Assembly: GCA_002269645.1 (NCBI GenBank)
Contig: NIVC01000129.1
Coordinates: 170,755-234,754, forward strand
DNA length: 64,000 nt
Origin: Macrostomum lignano
Taxonomy: Eukaryota
Direction of reading: 5' to 3'
The position numbers were made by a program, and so were the translations under genes. Positions 31,667 to 46,199 of this stretch are shown here, piece after piece (position 1 is the stretch's first letter; each line of letters starts with the position of its first letter). Below the pieces are notes generated by a model. That model did no database searches. It was not told where the DNA came from and worked only from the letters and a program-made list of their open reading frames with translations.

Positions 31667-31860
31667 AAATGAGTGACTTGCGCCAAAATAAGTAACTTGC
31701 GCCAAAATGGGTGTCTGTGGCGCCAAAATTAGTGCCTGCGGCGCCAAGAACAGTAGCTCAACAATTAGTCCGATTACCAAAAAACACAGAATTTTCGTTT
31801 TGGAATCTTGGTTTAGTCCCCCCCCCCCCCAACATAAAACATTACAGACGCTCAATGCAC
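31667..31860. repeat. Fragment related to the internal repeats of the 12576 element
   Basis: gcgccaaaat...tg(t/c)ctg(t/c)ggcgc motifs and a cccccccc-aacataaaa segment resemble 12724-12940. Confidence 0.5.
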
Positions 31861-32859
31861 CGAGAGTTCAGACACGAAATTTTTACATGTACACGTTTAA
31901 AGTAAAAGCATATTAAAAACTTTGTGACCTTCACTATAATATTAACAATATTAGTCTCGCACAGATTGTCACGACTTGCTTAGTCATTTCTTCAAGTTCA
32001 TCTGCACTCGTCTCTGTGTTTCTCTCCCTCTTATGTCCAGTTCAGTCTTGTTATTCTTGTCTCTCTCCCTGGCTGCCTTCTGATTGGCTCTTCAAACTCG
32101 ACTCTTTCCACAGTCGCGCTCGCGCACTCCACCCTCCATTTCTTATTTGCAACCCCCGTAGTTTAATGTCTTAATGTTTGTTAATTTAAATAGTTTCTTA
32201 TTTTTCTGTCGCGACTGAGGAGGAAAGAGGCGAGGTTGAAGAGCCGGTCAGAGGGCGGCGAGGAAGAGAGACGAGAATAACAAGACTGAACTGGAGAGAG
32301 AGGGAGAGAAACAGAGTAAAAATGGATGAGTGAAGATGAACTGAAGAAATGACTAAGAAAGTCGAGACAGATTATGCCCAACTAATAGGAAAATAATTAA
32401 TATAAGGTATCATTTTTATCTATCTGTGTGCCTAACAGTTGATATTTATTGTCGGAAAATCAAATTTCTGTAATTGTGGTACTCTTTAACTAACCTAATA
32501 AACAAATTTTCAAACTAAATCACAATAAACTACTATTACGAACTATAATACTACTTATTAGTAGTATTGTCTTTATTGTTAGATTATTTAAAGTCCAATC
32601 TCAATGTCAAACTCAATGTCAAACATTAAAGAGCCACCATGTCGAACATAGAAGAGCCACCATGTCAAACATAACAGAGACAACATTTCAAACGTAAAAG
32701 GGCCGCCATGGTAAACATAGAAGAGCCACTATGTCAACATTAAAGAGCCACCTTTTTAAACATAAAAGAGACAACGTTTCAAACATAAAAGAAGTGTCAT
32801 GCCAAACAAAATGGAGCCACTATAAATCTAAGGAAATTGTTGCACTAGCTAGCTACTTT

Positions 32860-33375
32860 CTCTGGTGGATGCTTGCTATTTAAGGATGGATACTTGCTAT
32901 CAAGGGGATGCTTGCTATCGGAAGGATGCTTGCTACTGGGGTAACTTGCTATTGGGAGATGCTTGCTCTTGGGGGGTGGAGGGTACTTGCTATCTAAGAG
33001 GGGGTTGCTAGATGTCTATAAGGTCTCTTTGTATCCAGGTTAATACTTGCTATCTGGGGTTGCTTGCGGTCTGGGGGATGCTTGCTATCTGGGGGATGCT
33101 TGCTATCTGGGGGATGCTTGCTATCAGGGGTTGCTTGCAGTCTAGGGGATGCTTACTATCTGGGGTCTGGGGGATGCTTGCTATCTGGGGGATGCTTGCT
33201 ATCTGGGGTTGCTTGCTATCGGGGGGATGCTTGCTCTTGGGGGGTGGAGGGTACTTGCTATCTAAGAGGGGGTTGCTAGATGTCTATAAGGTCTCTTTGT
33301 ATCCAGGTTAATACTTGCTATCTGGGGTTGCTTGCTATCGGGGGGATGCTTGCTATCTGGGGGATGCTTGCTGTC
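32860..33375. repeat. Minisatellite, about 18-bp unit gatgcttgctatctgggg, with a longer internal duplication
   Basis: Direct inspection; block gggggtggagggtacttgc...ttaatacttgc occurs at about 32971 and 33239. Confidence 0.9.
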
Positions 33376-33889
33376 TTGGGATGTTTTCTTTTTAGAGGGA
33401 ATGTCTGTTGTTTTTTATGAAGGCTTTATTTCGCTGTCTATTTGTTATTTGTAAAGAACAAGGATTCTATCCAGATGTCCCCCATCGGGGGGCGAAGATT
33501 GCTAGTAAACTGCTAAGAAGCTTAAATCTTTTAAAGCTATTTTTAAGTAGGTAATGCATTGTGGATTGATTTGTTGAAAGCATTATGCTCTCTGTCTCTG
33601 TGACCCTCAAACTTTGATGATGATGAGAAAGCTATTTAGGTTCACCTGGAGATCTTAATTAACTAATGGTTTACAGTGGCTGCCGTAAGGGTTGGGTTAC
33701 GCAACCGGCCTATTCCGCTATGTACTAAAAACGGCTAACTCTGCTTAACTTGCGATTCAGGTATATAAGAAAATATACTCAGGATAAAATAAGAAACTCA
33801 GGTACATGTATATCAAAAAAGATGCTCAGGTATATCCACAGAAACATTATTATTAATACGCCTATTAATGTGTTTATAGTATCTGTGGC

Positions 33890-34645
33890 TATATCAGATA
33901 AGATACTCAGGTATGTCAGATTAGATACTCAGGTATGTCAGATTAGATACTCAGGTATATCAGATAAGATTCTCAGGTATGTCAGATAAGATACTCAGGT
34001 ATATCAGATAGGATACTCAGGTACATCAGATAAGATACTCAGGTATGTCAGATTAGATACGCAGGTATGTCAGATAAGATACTCAGGTACATCAGATAAG
34101 ATACTCAGGTATGTCAGATAAGATACTCAGGTATATCAGATAAGATAATCAGGTATGTCAGATAAGATACTCAGGTATGTCAGATAAGATACTCAGGTAC
34201 ATCAGATAAGATACTCAGGTATGTCAGATAAGATACTCAGGTACATCAGAAGATAAGATACTGGGATATATCAGAAGATAAGATACTGGGATATATCAGA
34301 AAAGATACTTAGGTATGTCAGATAAGATACTCGGGTACATCAGATAAGATACTCAGGTACATCAGATAAGATACTCGGGTACATCAGATAAGATACTCAG
34401 GTATGTCAGATAAGATACTCAGGTATGTCAGATAAGATACTCGGGTACATCAGATAAGATACTCAGGTATATCAGATAAGATACTCGGGTACATCAGATA
34501 AGATACTCAGGTATGTCAGATAAAATACTCAGGTATGTCAGATAAGATACTCAGGTATGTCAGATAAGATACTCGGGTACATCAGATAAGATACTCAGGT
34601 ATATCAGATAAGATACTCGGGTACATCAGATAAGATACTCAGGTT
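33890..34645. repeat. Minisatellite, 22-bp unit cagataagatactcaggtatgt
   Basis: Direct inspection. Confidence 0.95.
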
Positions 34646-35292
34646 CAAAAAAGAAAAAAACCAGTGAACTCCACAAATATGTCAATTTCAAACTCTACTC
34701 AAGCAAAGAATCAGAACCTAAAAGCAGCAGAAGCCGCATCAGAATTGCAATTCTCATTTTCGCCACATTAACAAGTTTCCAAAATGAAAATATAATTACT
34801 AAACACGGCACATTGACACACGGATATACATAAATTGTTACAACATGAACAAAGTCCAGCCAAATGACAATGCATATAAATAATACGGCCACAACACGTC
34901 CACAGGAAGCGCAAGCCAGAAAAATTGTCCTAAAAATAGGAGTAAAACGCAAATCTTACTACTAAAAGATCAACGTTGCTAATAGGACAAGACAACAGGG
35001 TTGGATTAAATGTTTAATTCAATAAATATCGATAATTTTGATCAGCAGAATTGCCATTCCGAATTCTTGGGAATTATTTGCGGCTGCGTAAATGGGTGAC
35101 AAAAAACAAACAAACTTTACTGACATAGGTGACAGACTTTAAGTGAAAAAACTAAAGCACAAACTTGCTAACAACGAGACACAAAATTCAGTCCTATTAT
35201 GCCTTTGATTAATATTACTTCTTGATAGTAGTATGTGATGCCGTTAAGTAAACATTTTCAATGAAAAAAAGGTTTTAAACGTCAAGAATAAT

Positions 35293-35580
35293 CCAAATCT
35301 TAAGATCCCAGATCCGAATCTTGAGATCCCAGATGCAAATCTTGAGATCCCAGATCCCAAATCTTGAGATCCCAGATCCCAATCTTGAGATCCCAGATCC
35401 AAATCTTGAGATCCCAGATCCAAATCTTGAGATCCCAGATCCCAGATCTTGAGATCCCAGATCCAAATCTTAAGATCCCAGCTACCAATCTCGAGATCCC
35501 AGATCTCAGATTCTCAGATTCTCAGATTCAGAGAATTCAGATTCAATCTCAGATTCATTTTTAGATCCCAGATCCCAATC
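35293..35580. repeat. Minisatellite, 21-bp unit atcccagatccaaatcttgag
   Basis: Direct inspection. Confidence 0.9.
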
Positions 35581-35834
35581 TCATCAAAATCTTACAGTCC
35601 AAAGCATTGGAAATGATAGCACAAAATAAAACTAGCAGGAAAAGGCAAAAACCAACTAGTCTAACAACTAGCAACAACATTGCCACAAAAGATAAGACAC
35701 GATATTAATCATCACTGTAAAGCAATTTAGAAAAAGCAGATTTCAAGCCGCAATTATTTGCCAACGAATGTTAATTTTTCTGCAAATTTTCCAAAACAGA
35801 AAAAACAAATCTGACTATAGAAATGTTTCTTAAA

Positions 35835-36040
35835 CTTGCACGCTACTGTCAGTAGTTTAATTTCAAGGTCGCTATTATAATAATCTTGCACACTACTGTC
35901 AGTAGTTTAATTTCAAGGTTGCTATTATAATAATCTTGCACACTACTGTCAGTAGTTTAATTTCAAGGTTGCTATTATAATAATCTTGCACACTACTGTC
36001 AGTAGTTTGACGTCACTGGCCGCTATTATAATAATTGGCC
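35835..36040. repeat. 50-bp tandem repeat whose last copy overlaps the PAPSS stop codon
   Basis: Units begin at 35841, 35891, 35941 and 35991. Confidence 0.9.
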
Positions 36041-36585
36041 AAAACCTTCCAAGCCGCCGGGGCCATAAATCCGTCCGGTGGCAGCTGGCCAGTTTTGGCC
36101 AGATTTCGCATCCGCGTGCCCGAGATGAAGTCGAAGTCGGACTTTCTGGCCGGGTCAAAGAAGGCCATCTGGCTGACGGACTTGTCGTAGGCGGCCACGC
36201 GGAACGGCACAATCTCCAGCTGGGCGAGGCCGGGGGCCATAGTCAGGACGGTGGCGCCGTGAGTCGGGTTGTACAGGTCCTGTCCGGGAGTGTCCGGATC
36301 GGGCAGACCGGCCGGATCCCGGCCGACAATATAGAAAGAAGCTCCGGCGTTCATGCGGGCCTTGGCGTGCCACTGCACCTCGGTGGGGCCGGCGTACAGC
36401 ATGGGGGCGGGGAAGATGGCCGTGACGGTGGTGGCCGGGTCCAGCACGCCTTCGCGTAGAACCTCCGCGTGTTGGCGCATGCGGACGTCTAGCGGGACAT
36501 CGTCCGGTTTTGTCCAGCCGCCGAGGGGGTGCAGCAGAAGCACCGGGTTGCGGTAGCCGCGCTCCAGCAGGCGGCGGCGGGTGTC
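36013..36585 (-). CDS. PAPSS: PAPSS last exon: C-terminal part of ATP sulfurylase
   Basis: [26 protein letters not shown]...ISGTRMR...NYYNSGQ*. Confidence 0.95.
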   Translation of the reverse strand, partial: DTRRRLLERGYRNPVLLLHPLGGWTKPDDVPLDVRMRQHAEVLREGVLDPATTVTAIFPAPMLYAGPTEVQWHAKARMNAGASFYIVGRDPAGLPDPDTPGQDLYNPTHGATVLTMAPGLAQLEIVPFRVAAYDKSVSQMAFFDPARKSDFDFISGTRMRNLAKTGQLPPDGFMAPAAWKVLANYYNSGQ

Positions 36586-39500
36586 CTGACGGTTGGCGGG
36601 GTTGGTTGGGGTGTTTATCTGGCTGGATGGAGCTTTACTGTTCAAATAGGTCAAGTGTTTATTATGTAGGAGGCGTTTATTGGGCTGATGAGGTTTGCCA
36701 GGGCGTAATAGGGTAGGGTCAGGGTGTTTATAGGGCTAGGGTCAGGGTGTTTATAGGGGTAGGGTCAGGGTGTTTATAGGGGTAGGGTCAGGGTGTTTAT
36801 AGGGGTAGGGTCAGGGTGTTTATAGTCTATGGGTCAGGGTGTTTATAGTCTATGGGTCAGGGTGTTCATAGTCTAGGGGTCAGGGTGTTTATAGCTCGTA
36901 GTCTAGAAGTCAGGGTGTTCATAGTCTAGGGGTCAGGGTGTTTATTGCTCGTAGCTAGAAGTCAGGGTGTTCATAGTCTAGGGGTCAGGGTGTTTATTGC
37001 TCGTAGTCTAGAAGTCAGGGTGTTCATATTCTAGGGGTCAGGGTGTTTATTGCTCGTAGCTAGAAGTCAGGGTGTTCATAGTCTAGGGGTCAGGGTGTTT
37101 ATAGCTCGTAGTCTAGAAGTCAGGGTGTTCATATTCTAGGGGTCAGGGTGTTTATAGCTCGTAGTCTAGAAGTCAGGGTGTTCATAGTCTAGGGGTCAGG
37201 GTGTTTATAGCTCGTAGTCTAGAAGTCAGGGTGTTCATAGTCTAGGGGTCAGGGTGTTTATAGCTCGTAGTCTAGAAGTCAGGGTGTTCATAGTCTAGGG
37301 GTCAGGGTGTTTATTGCTCGTAGCTAGAAGTCAGGGTGTTTATAGTCTAGGGGTCAGGGTGTTTACAGGGTAGGGGTCAGGGTGTTTATAGCTCGTAGTC
37401 TAGAAGTCAGGGTGTTATAGTCTAGGGGTCAGGGTGTTTAAACAGACAGACAGTCGCCCACACCTGCATGAGCAAGGCGTGCCCGTTGTGCACGGGGTTG
37501 CGCAGCTGGAAGGCGAACACGGCATCGGCTCCCATAGCCTCAAACTTGGCCCGCAGCTGCAGCGGGGTCAGCCGGTACTCGTCCAGCCCGTCGCCCCAGC
37601 GCATCGGCTCCAGCAGGGCAATCTGGCCGCCAATCAGCCAGTCGCCACTAGCCATGATTCTCTCCACGCTGGGGTGCCCCGGCGAGGCTGTACCGAAGAT
37701 CCGGCAGCAGCGCTCCCGCTTGTTGTGCGGGAAAATCTCTGGACAGCGCAGCACGCCAATGAGCCGGCCGGAGTAGCGCAGGCCGACAACTGGCCGGCCT
37801 TCAACCGAGGCTTTGGTGGCCTCGTCGATGGCCAGCACAATTGGGACGCTCTGATTGTGCACCGGGCCGCCCAGGAAGGCATCGTCGCCTCCGCCGGGTG
37901 TCGTGTCCGCCTCCGTGATGGTGCCAAAGTGCAGGCATTGAAGGTACTGACGCTCGGTCATGAAGCCGCGCAGCGGGTGAGCCCAGCCTTCGGACAGCAC
38001 CTGATTGCATGACGTGGGTTATGAATATGAATGAGATGCAGTTTAAGCACTGAGCAACCAGAAACAACCAAATACGTATAGCGTCTAGGTCTATCAAAAA
38101 CCTCATAATTTACTCAGAAGTCTTAGATAGTCTACTCTCAGACACTTATCAGTCTACTTCAGAAACATATTAGTCTACTTCAAACACATAATAGCCTACT
38201 TCAAACACATAATAGTCTACTTTAGACGCCTAATAGTCTGCTTAGATATCCGACAGTCTACTCAGATACCCGATAGTCTACTCAGATATCCGATAGTCTA
38301 CTCAGATACCAAATAGTCTACTCAGACACCCAATACCCTACTCAGATATCCGATAGTCTACTCAGACAAACAATAGTCTACTCAGACACCCAATAGTCTA
38401 CTCAGATACCCGATAGTCTACTCAGATACCCGATAGTCTACTCAGATACCCAATAGTCTACTCAGATACCCGATAGTCTACTCAGACAAACAATAATCTA
38501 CTCAGACACCCAATAGTCTACTCAGATACCCGATAGTCTACCCAGACACCCAATAGTCTACTCAGACACCTAAGTCTACTTCAGACGCCTAATAGTTTGC
38601 TCAGATATCCGACAGTCTACTCAGACACCCAATAGTCTACTCAGATACCCGATAGTCTACTCAGATACCCGATAGTCTACTCAGATACCCGATAGTCTAC
38701 TCAGACAAACAATAGTCTACTCAGACACCCATTAGTCTACTCAGATACCCGATAGTCTACTCAGATACCCGATAGTCTACTCAGATACCCAATAGTCTAC
38801 TCAGATACCCGATAGTCTACTCAGACAAACAATAATCTACTCAGACACCCAATAGTCTACTCAGATACCCGATAGTCTACCCAGACACCCAATAGTCTAC
38901 TCAGACACCTAAGTCTACTTCAGACGCCTAATAGTTTGCTCAGATATCCGACAGTCTACTCAGACACCCAATAGTCTACTCAGATACCCGATAGTCTACT
39001 CAGATACCCGATAGTCTACTCAGATACCCGATAGTCTACTCAGACAAACAATAGTCTACTCAGACACCCATTAGTCTACTCAGATACCCGATAGTCTACT
39101 CAGACACTAGATAGTCTACTCAGACACCCGATAGTCTACTCAAATACCAGATAGTCTACTCAGACACCAGATTGTCTACTCAGACACCGAAACAGTCAAC
39201 TCAGTCAACTTTTAAGTCACAGAAAACCGAGTGACAACAATAGCGAAAAAAAATTCCAAAGCAAACAAGAAAGAAATTTGTTCATTATCTAGAATCCGTC
39301 GGAGGTCTGCCTGGCCCCAGGCGGAAGCGGTAGAGACAGACTCGGCACATGATGGATAAACACGGAAGCCCCAGCAGAGCACAGGAAAAAGTCAACGTCA
39401 AACATCGCCCCCCCCCCGAAGGAAAGACACACAGCCCAGCAGCAGAGGACAGACCAACCCGAGCAAGGAGGCAGGGTCTCCCTTCACCCGTCCTTCCTTC

Positions 39501-42408
39501 CTCTCAGATCGCTCTTTGCATGCACTTTTCCCTGTCGCCAGCCACGGACAGGCATAATATTCGCTGGGACCAGACCGAACTAAACCCCCCCCCCTCTGGA
39601 GAAATCTGCTCAATCTCAATCTTAGCCTCAGTCAGTCTCCCATCTCCCTGAAATCCTCATCCTGACGAAGAGAATCATAAGCGACAATCCCCTCTAGGTT
39701 CTCAGCGGAGTAATCCCATTAGTAATTTGCATATTGGGATAACACGAGCCCCGACCCAGTTACCGGAATTCTAAGCTCTCTGATTATCCCAAAATTAAGC
39801 TTGGCTTGGTATCGAAATTGACCCGGTTGGCAGCTAAAAGAACAGAACAAATAGATCTTTGTTTTATCTAACCTATGAGGTCTAACCGTGAAACAATAAT
39901 ATTACTAATGAGATCTCACCGTGAGACAATAATCTTACTAATGAGATCTCACCGTGAGACAATAATCTTACTAATGAGATCTCACCGTGAGACAATAATC
40001 TTACTAATGAGATCTCACCGTGAGACAATAATCTTACTAATGAGATCTCACCGTGAGACAATAATCTTACCAATGAGGTAGATCTCACCGTGAGACAATT
40101 ATATTAACAATGAGATCTCACCGTGAGACAATTATCTTGCCAAAAAGATCTTACTGTGAGACAATAATCTTACCAATAAGATCTCACCGTAAGACAATAA
40201 TCTTACCAATGAAACATCGTCGCTAAACTTAAAAAGTCGCATCTATGACATCTCACATCCCAGCACTAGACTATAAAAATCTTACCGTTGAAATTAGAAA
40301 AAATCTCACCTATGAGACTATGAAAAAAACCTGTGAGACAAAAAAATCTCACCTATGAGTTATAAAAAATGTCACCTGTGAGACTAACAAAAACCTCACC
40401 TATGAGACAATAAAAATCTCACCTATACTCGTAAGACAATTAAAATCTCACCTATGAGACTACAAAATCTCACCTATGAGACTATAACAATCTCACCTAT
40501 ATGAGACGGCAAAAATCTCACATATGAGACTATAACAATCTCACTTATATGAGACGGCAAAAATCTCACCTATGAGACTATAACAATCTCACCTATATGA
40601 GACTCGCAAAAATCGCACACAAAGCAGCACAACACCCACCTGAGCCCACTGAGCATCGATGAGGTCCAGTTCAACGCTTGGCGCAGCCTCAGCCTCGGCC
40701 CTCAGCGCGGCATCGCCATCGGACAGCAGCAGTTCGACAATGTCGGACTGGGCGGCAGCGGCCGGCAGGACCTCCTGGCTGATCAGCAGGCCAACCACAG
40801 ACTGCACAGCCTGGCGGATGCTGCAGTCGGCCGTCTGCACAGCGATGTCGGGGCTCAGCGGCGCCTCGTAGGCGCTGTCGATCCCGGTGAAGCCCTTGAT
40901 GAGGCCCTCCCTGGCCTTCTTGTACAGCCCCTTGACGTCGCGATCTTCGCACACTTCCAACGGCGCATCGACAAAGATTTCGAAGAATTTCAATCCGGCC
41001 TCGTCGTGCAACTGGCGAGCCCGGTCCCGGTCGTTGCGGAACGGACTGATGAAGGCGGTGATGCACACGATGCCGCCGTCAGCGAACAGCTTGGCCACCT
41101 CGCTAACCCGACGGATGTTCTCTTCGCGATCCTCCTGCGAGAAGCCGAGGTTCTTGTTCAGCCCGGTGCGCATGTTGTCTCCGTCCAGGGTGTAGGCGGG
41201 GAAACCGGCGGACACCAGGTAGTCCTCCAGGCCGAATGCGATGGTGGACTTGCCGGCGCCCGAGAGGCCGGTCAGCCAGATGGTGCAGCCGCGGAATCCG
41301 CCGCGCTGCCCGATCACCTGGGCGCGCTTGTCGCGGGTCACGTGATGCGCCTGACGGAACACGTTGGTTGCCATGACCTTTGGTAGGCGTCGGTCTGGAA
41401 TTGTTTTTTCAGACAGGGAGGGAGAGAGTAGAAACTTCCGCCGTTGGAGACAACCAGCTTCTTAGGTCTCATACTCAGACTCTAGTTTTGATATCTCACC
41501 CTGTTGACTAGAGTTTTATCTATGAGATCTCACCATGTTGACTAGAGTCTCATCTATGAGATCTCACCCCGTTGACTAGAGTCTCATCTATGAGATCTCA
41601 CCCCGTTGACTAGAGTCTCATCTATGAGATCTCACCCTGTTGACTAGAGTTTTATCTATGAGATCTCACCCTGTAGACTAGAGTCTCATCTATGAGATCT
41701 CACGCTGCTTTGATTAGAGTCTCCGTCTATCTATGAAATCTCACTGTGTGGCTAGAGTATTAGCTATGAGATCTCAGCCTTTTGACTAGAGTCTTATCCA
41801 TGCGATCTCACCCTGTTGACTAGAATCTCATTCATGAGATCTCACACTGTTGACTAGAGTATTATCTATGAGATCTCACCCTTTTGACTAGGGTCTGATC
41901 TATGAGATCTCACCCTGTTGACTAGGGTCTCTTATCTATGAGATCTCACTCTGTTCATTAAAGTCTCATCTACGAGATCTCAAAATGTTGACTAGAGTCT
42001 CATATAGAAGCTCTTATCTCAAGAATATAGAATCTCCTTAGAGAGATTTCATCACGAAATTAAGAATATAGATCTCATCTTGAACATGAGACTACGAGAC
42101 CTCATGCCACTATGAGATCTCTCACACACACACATGAAGTATTTAATATAATCCAAGAACCAATACCCAATGGCTACCTTAAACTCTCTAATCTGAAATT
42201 CCACCCAGCATAAATACATAGCGCAGATAAGCGAGCCTAAAAATATGCAAATCCACCAAACCGAGACAGGCGTCACGCAGCTGCCAGCTAAGATTGGAAA
42301 AGGAAAAATGATTAAATCCTCAATCAACCAAAAAAATCGATACGAATGAAAAAATAGATTGTTGAGACAAGTCACGACCAGCATGTTACCTTTCGCAGCG
42401 AATGCCAT
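36013..42408 (-). CDS. PAPSS: Bifunctional PAPS synthase (APS kinase plus ATP sulfurylase); multi-exon gene
   Basis: Exons 41394-40640, 38000-37464 and 36585-36013 join in phase; a possible first exon is 42408-42390. Motifs [33 protein letters not shown] and VGRDPAG. Confidence 0.95.
36715..37440. repeat. Intronic minisatellite, gtcagggtgt(t/c)(t/c)atag-based units of about 23-31 bp
   Basis: Direct inspection. Confidence 0.95.
37464..38000 (-). CDS. PAPSS: PAPSS exon: N-terminal part of ATP sulfurylase
   Basis: [14 protein letters not shown]...[16 protein letters not shown] with canonical splice sites. Confidence 0.95.
38130..39200. repeat. Intronic minisatellite, 20-bp unit gatagtctactcagataccc
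   Basis: Direct inspection; includes a higher-order duplication. Confidence 0.95.
39870..40610. repeat. Intronic minisatellites: 33-bp atgagatctcaccgtgagacaataatcttacta followed by about 24-bp aaatctcacctatgagact units
   Basis: Direct inspection. Confidence 0.9.
40640..41394 (-). CDS. PAPSS: PAPSS exon: APS kinase domain
   Basis: ORF 40589..41374, ATNV..QAHHV...[20 protein letters not shown]; donor CAG|gtgggt. Confidence 0.95.
41490..42050. repeat. Minisatellite, about 34-bp unit gagatctcaccctgttgactagagtctcatctat
   Basis: Direct inspection. Confidence 0.9.
42390..42408 (-). CDS. PAPSS: Possible PAPSS first coding exon (MAFAAK)
   Basis: ATG GCA TTC GCT GCG AAA G|gtaaca gives a phase-1 join to ttccag|AC CGA at 41394; the alternative start is the ATG at 41374. 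Confidence 0.45.
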
Positions 42409-42989
42409 CCCTGCTGTAGGACTGTCGAGTTTCTTCTTGTTGGACAAAAAAATTCAGAAGAAATCAATAATTTCAACGAGGCGCTTATTATTAAAATTAT
42501 TGAAATTTGAACTATTTATAACAGTGGGTTGGAGATCGAAGTTCAATCCGAGGACAAGCCGTCCCCGAGTAAGGAGCACTTGAAAACCAAGTCACAGGCA
42601 CACCACGATCAACGATCTGAATACGTATATTATCGTAGCCAAAAATACAGTCTAAAATGCCTGAATTATCAGATCCAGCACGCGTGCGCTACAATCGACT
42701 CAGCTGATTAGAACAGTTATTAGGCTTTCACAAAACATCACACGAGCCGACACCCACTGACACTGGACACTTAATAAAATTGCTTATCTCTTTGTTTATC
42801 GACAGTGTGCTCTTTCTAATCGGCTGACTCTGAGCTGCACTTGTGTGTACTTTAACTGCATGCAGGCCCACTTCCACTCCATATTTGCGTGCTAAGAGCA
42901 CAGGGTCACCGTTTTGGCGCTGGTGGTGCGGGGTGCATAGCTAATAAAGTTCTCTTAGAGATTGAAACTTTATAGAGACGGCTTCATAT

Positions 42990-44065
<1,076 letters not shown>

Positions 44066-44071
44066 CGTCAG

Positions 44072-44402
44072 CCCACCAGCCCCAGTTGAAATCGTGTTCA
44101 ACATCAACCCACAGCAACCAAGTGGTGAGGTATCGGACAAACTCTAATTGGGAAGGAAGGTGAAATTTGACTCAATAATTATAAAATCTCAGGATGGTGT
44201 GGCGGAGCACTTATCTGCTTTAAACATACACTCCGCTGTAAATAATGTTCCAGATTTAGATTTTCTATTTCTAACCCAGCCTCGAAAAAAGGTTCATAGA
44301 TTTATTGCAATCCCGCCATTAGCAGCTGCACAGCAATTATTGATTTATGATTTCTATTTTACAGCCTTTCTCCTAGCTGTGGGGATTACTGACTTGGGCG
44401 AG
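44072..44402 (+). CDS. Candidate exons of an unidentified plus-strand gene (44072-44129 and 44193-44402)
   Basis: gtcag|C CCA...GAG|gtatcg gives [19 protein letters not shown]; tctcag|GAT...GAG|gtgctg continues in phase. No family recognised. Confidence 0.3.
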
Positions 44403-44559
44403 GTGCTGAATTATTAAATTTCTGACTGGGTTGAAATACACTGAAAGAGCTGCTATCAGATTAATAGTCGGGACGAAAAGGATAAAAGAAATTTAATGAT
44501 GGCAGGTCAGTCGGGGGAGAAAAGGGGGAAAGGAATATAGTTGGAGGAGAAGGGAACGA

Positions 44560-45440
44560 GATGAAGGAGGGGTGAGATGGGGGAGAGGGTGTGAGATGGG
44601 AGGAGGGTGTGAAATGGGAGGAAGGTGTGAGATGGGAGGAGGGTGTGAGATAGGGGAGAGGGTGAAATGGGAGGAGGGTGTGAGATGGGGGAGAGGGTGA
44701 AATGGGAGGAGGTTGTGAGATGGGAGGAAGGTTTGAGATGGGAGGAGGGTGTGAGATGGGAGGAGGGTGTGAGATGGGAGGAGGGTGTGAGATGGGAGGA
44801 GGGTGTGAGATGGGAGGAAGGTTTGAGATGGGAGGAGGGTGTGAGATGGGAGGAGGGTGTGAGATGGGAGGAGGGTGTGAGATGGGAGGAGGGTGTGAGA
44901 TGGGAGGAGGGTGTGAGATGGGAGGAGGGTGTGAGATGGGAGGAAGTGTGAGATGGGAGGAGGGTGTAAGATGGGGGAGAGGGTGAAATAGGAGGAGGGT
45001 GTGAGATGGGTGAGAGGGTGTGAGATGGGAGGAAGTGTGAGATGGGAGGAGGGTGTAAGATGGGGGAGAGGGTGAAATAGGAGGAGGGTGTGAGATGGGT
45101 GAGAGGGTGTGAGATGGGGAGGTTGTGAGTGGGATGAGGGTGTGAGATGGGGGAGATGGTGAAATAAGAGGAGGGTGTGAGATGGGGAGAGGGTGTGAGA
45201 TGGGTGAGAGGGTGTGAGATGGGGAGAGGGCGTGAGATGGGAGAGAGGGTGAAATGGGAGGAGAGTGAAATGGGAGGGGGTGTGAGATGGGGAGAGGGTG
45301 TGAGATGGGTGAGAGGGTGTGAGATGGGGAGAGGGCGTGAGATGGGAGAAGGGCGTGAGATGGGTGAGAGGGTGGAGATAGGGAGAGGGTGAGATGGGAG
45401 AAGGGTGTGAGATGGGTGAGAGGGTGTGAGATGGGGGAGA
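44560..45440. repeat. Minisatellite, 18-bp unit gggtgtgagatgggagga
   Basis: Direct inspection. Confidence 0.95.
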
Positions 45441-46199
45441 GATACAGTGAGTTGGTGAGCTGGATCACATAGCGACCCACAGAGCTTGGGATTTGGTGAT
45501 GACATGAAAATGAGACAATTGGAGTGGATACAGGATCAGAGATTAGCACTATTACACTGACTGCCGAAACAATACATGTACATTAGGGATCACAAGTCTC
45601 AGTTGAGACGACAAGACAGCTCAAACCCATTAAAACAGCGAACTTACCTGTTATATCTAGAATTAGATTTCTAATCAGCCGAGAGCGCTTCTTGGACAGG
45701 AAAGTTGAGCTCTCAGTTAGACAGCTCAAGTTTTTGTGCAGCTCCGCAGCCAGAGAAGGGTTCGCCAACCCCTGCACTCGAACTCAGCTCTCAGCCAATC
45801 AGAGGTGTCGCAGCATTGCAGCTGTGCATTCATGCTTCCATTCTGTTCAACTGTCTTCTCTTCTCTCAGAGAGACAGTCAGAGCTGGTCCATTTTACTAC
45901 CGAAGCCGTCACGTCGAGTCATTGTGCCGCTGTTAGGCTGCCACCGCAAGCGCGAGACATGCAAGAAATGTTTAAATTGTGCGCACCATGTACATGTGTA
46001 TTGGGTGCGAGTGGGGCATACAATAAATTTTAGAGAACGTATTACTATACCTCCAAGGGTGCGCAACTTAACAGCCTGCCTGCTTCTCAATAATTCCACA
46101 ATCTGCATCTTTTTCGCTGAAATCTATGATAACTTCTGAGTTCGGTTCGGAGTAACTATTTCATGTCTACCAACTCTATAAACTTCATCTAGATACTGC

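Noticed and set aside
39250-39800. GC-richer non-repetitive island in a PAPSS intron
   Set aside because: Manual translation gave no recognisable motif in any frame; possibly a mobile-element fragment but unsupported.
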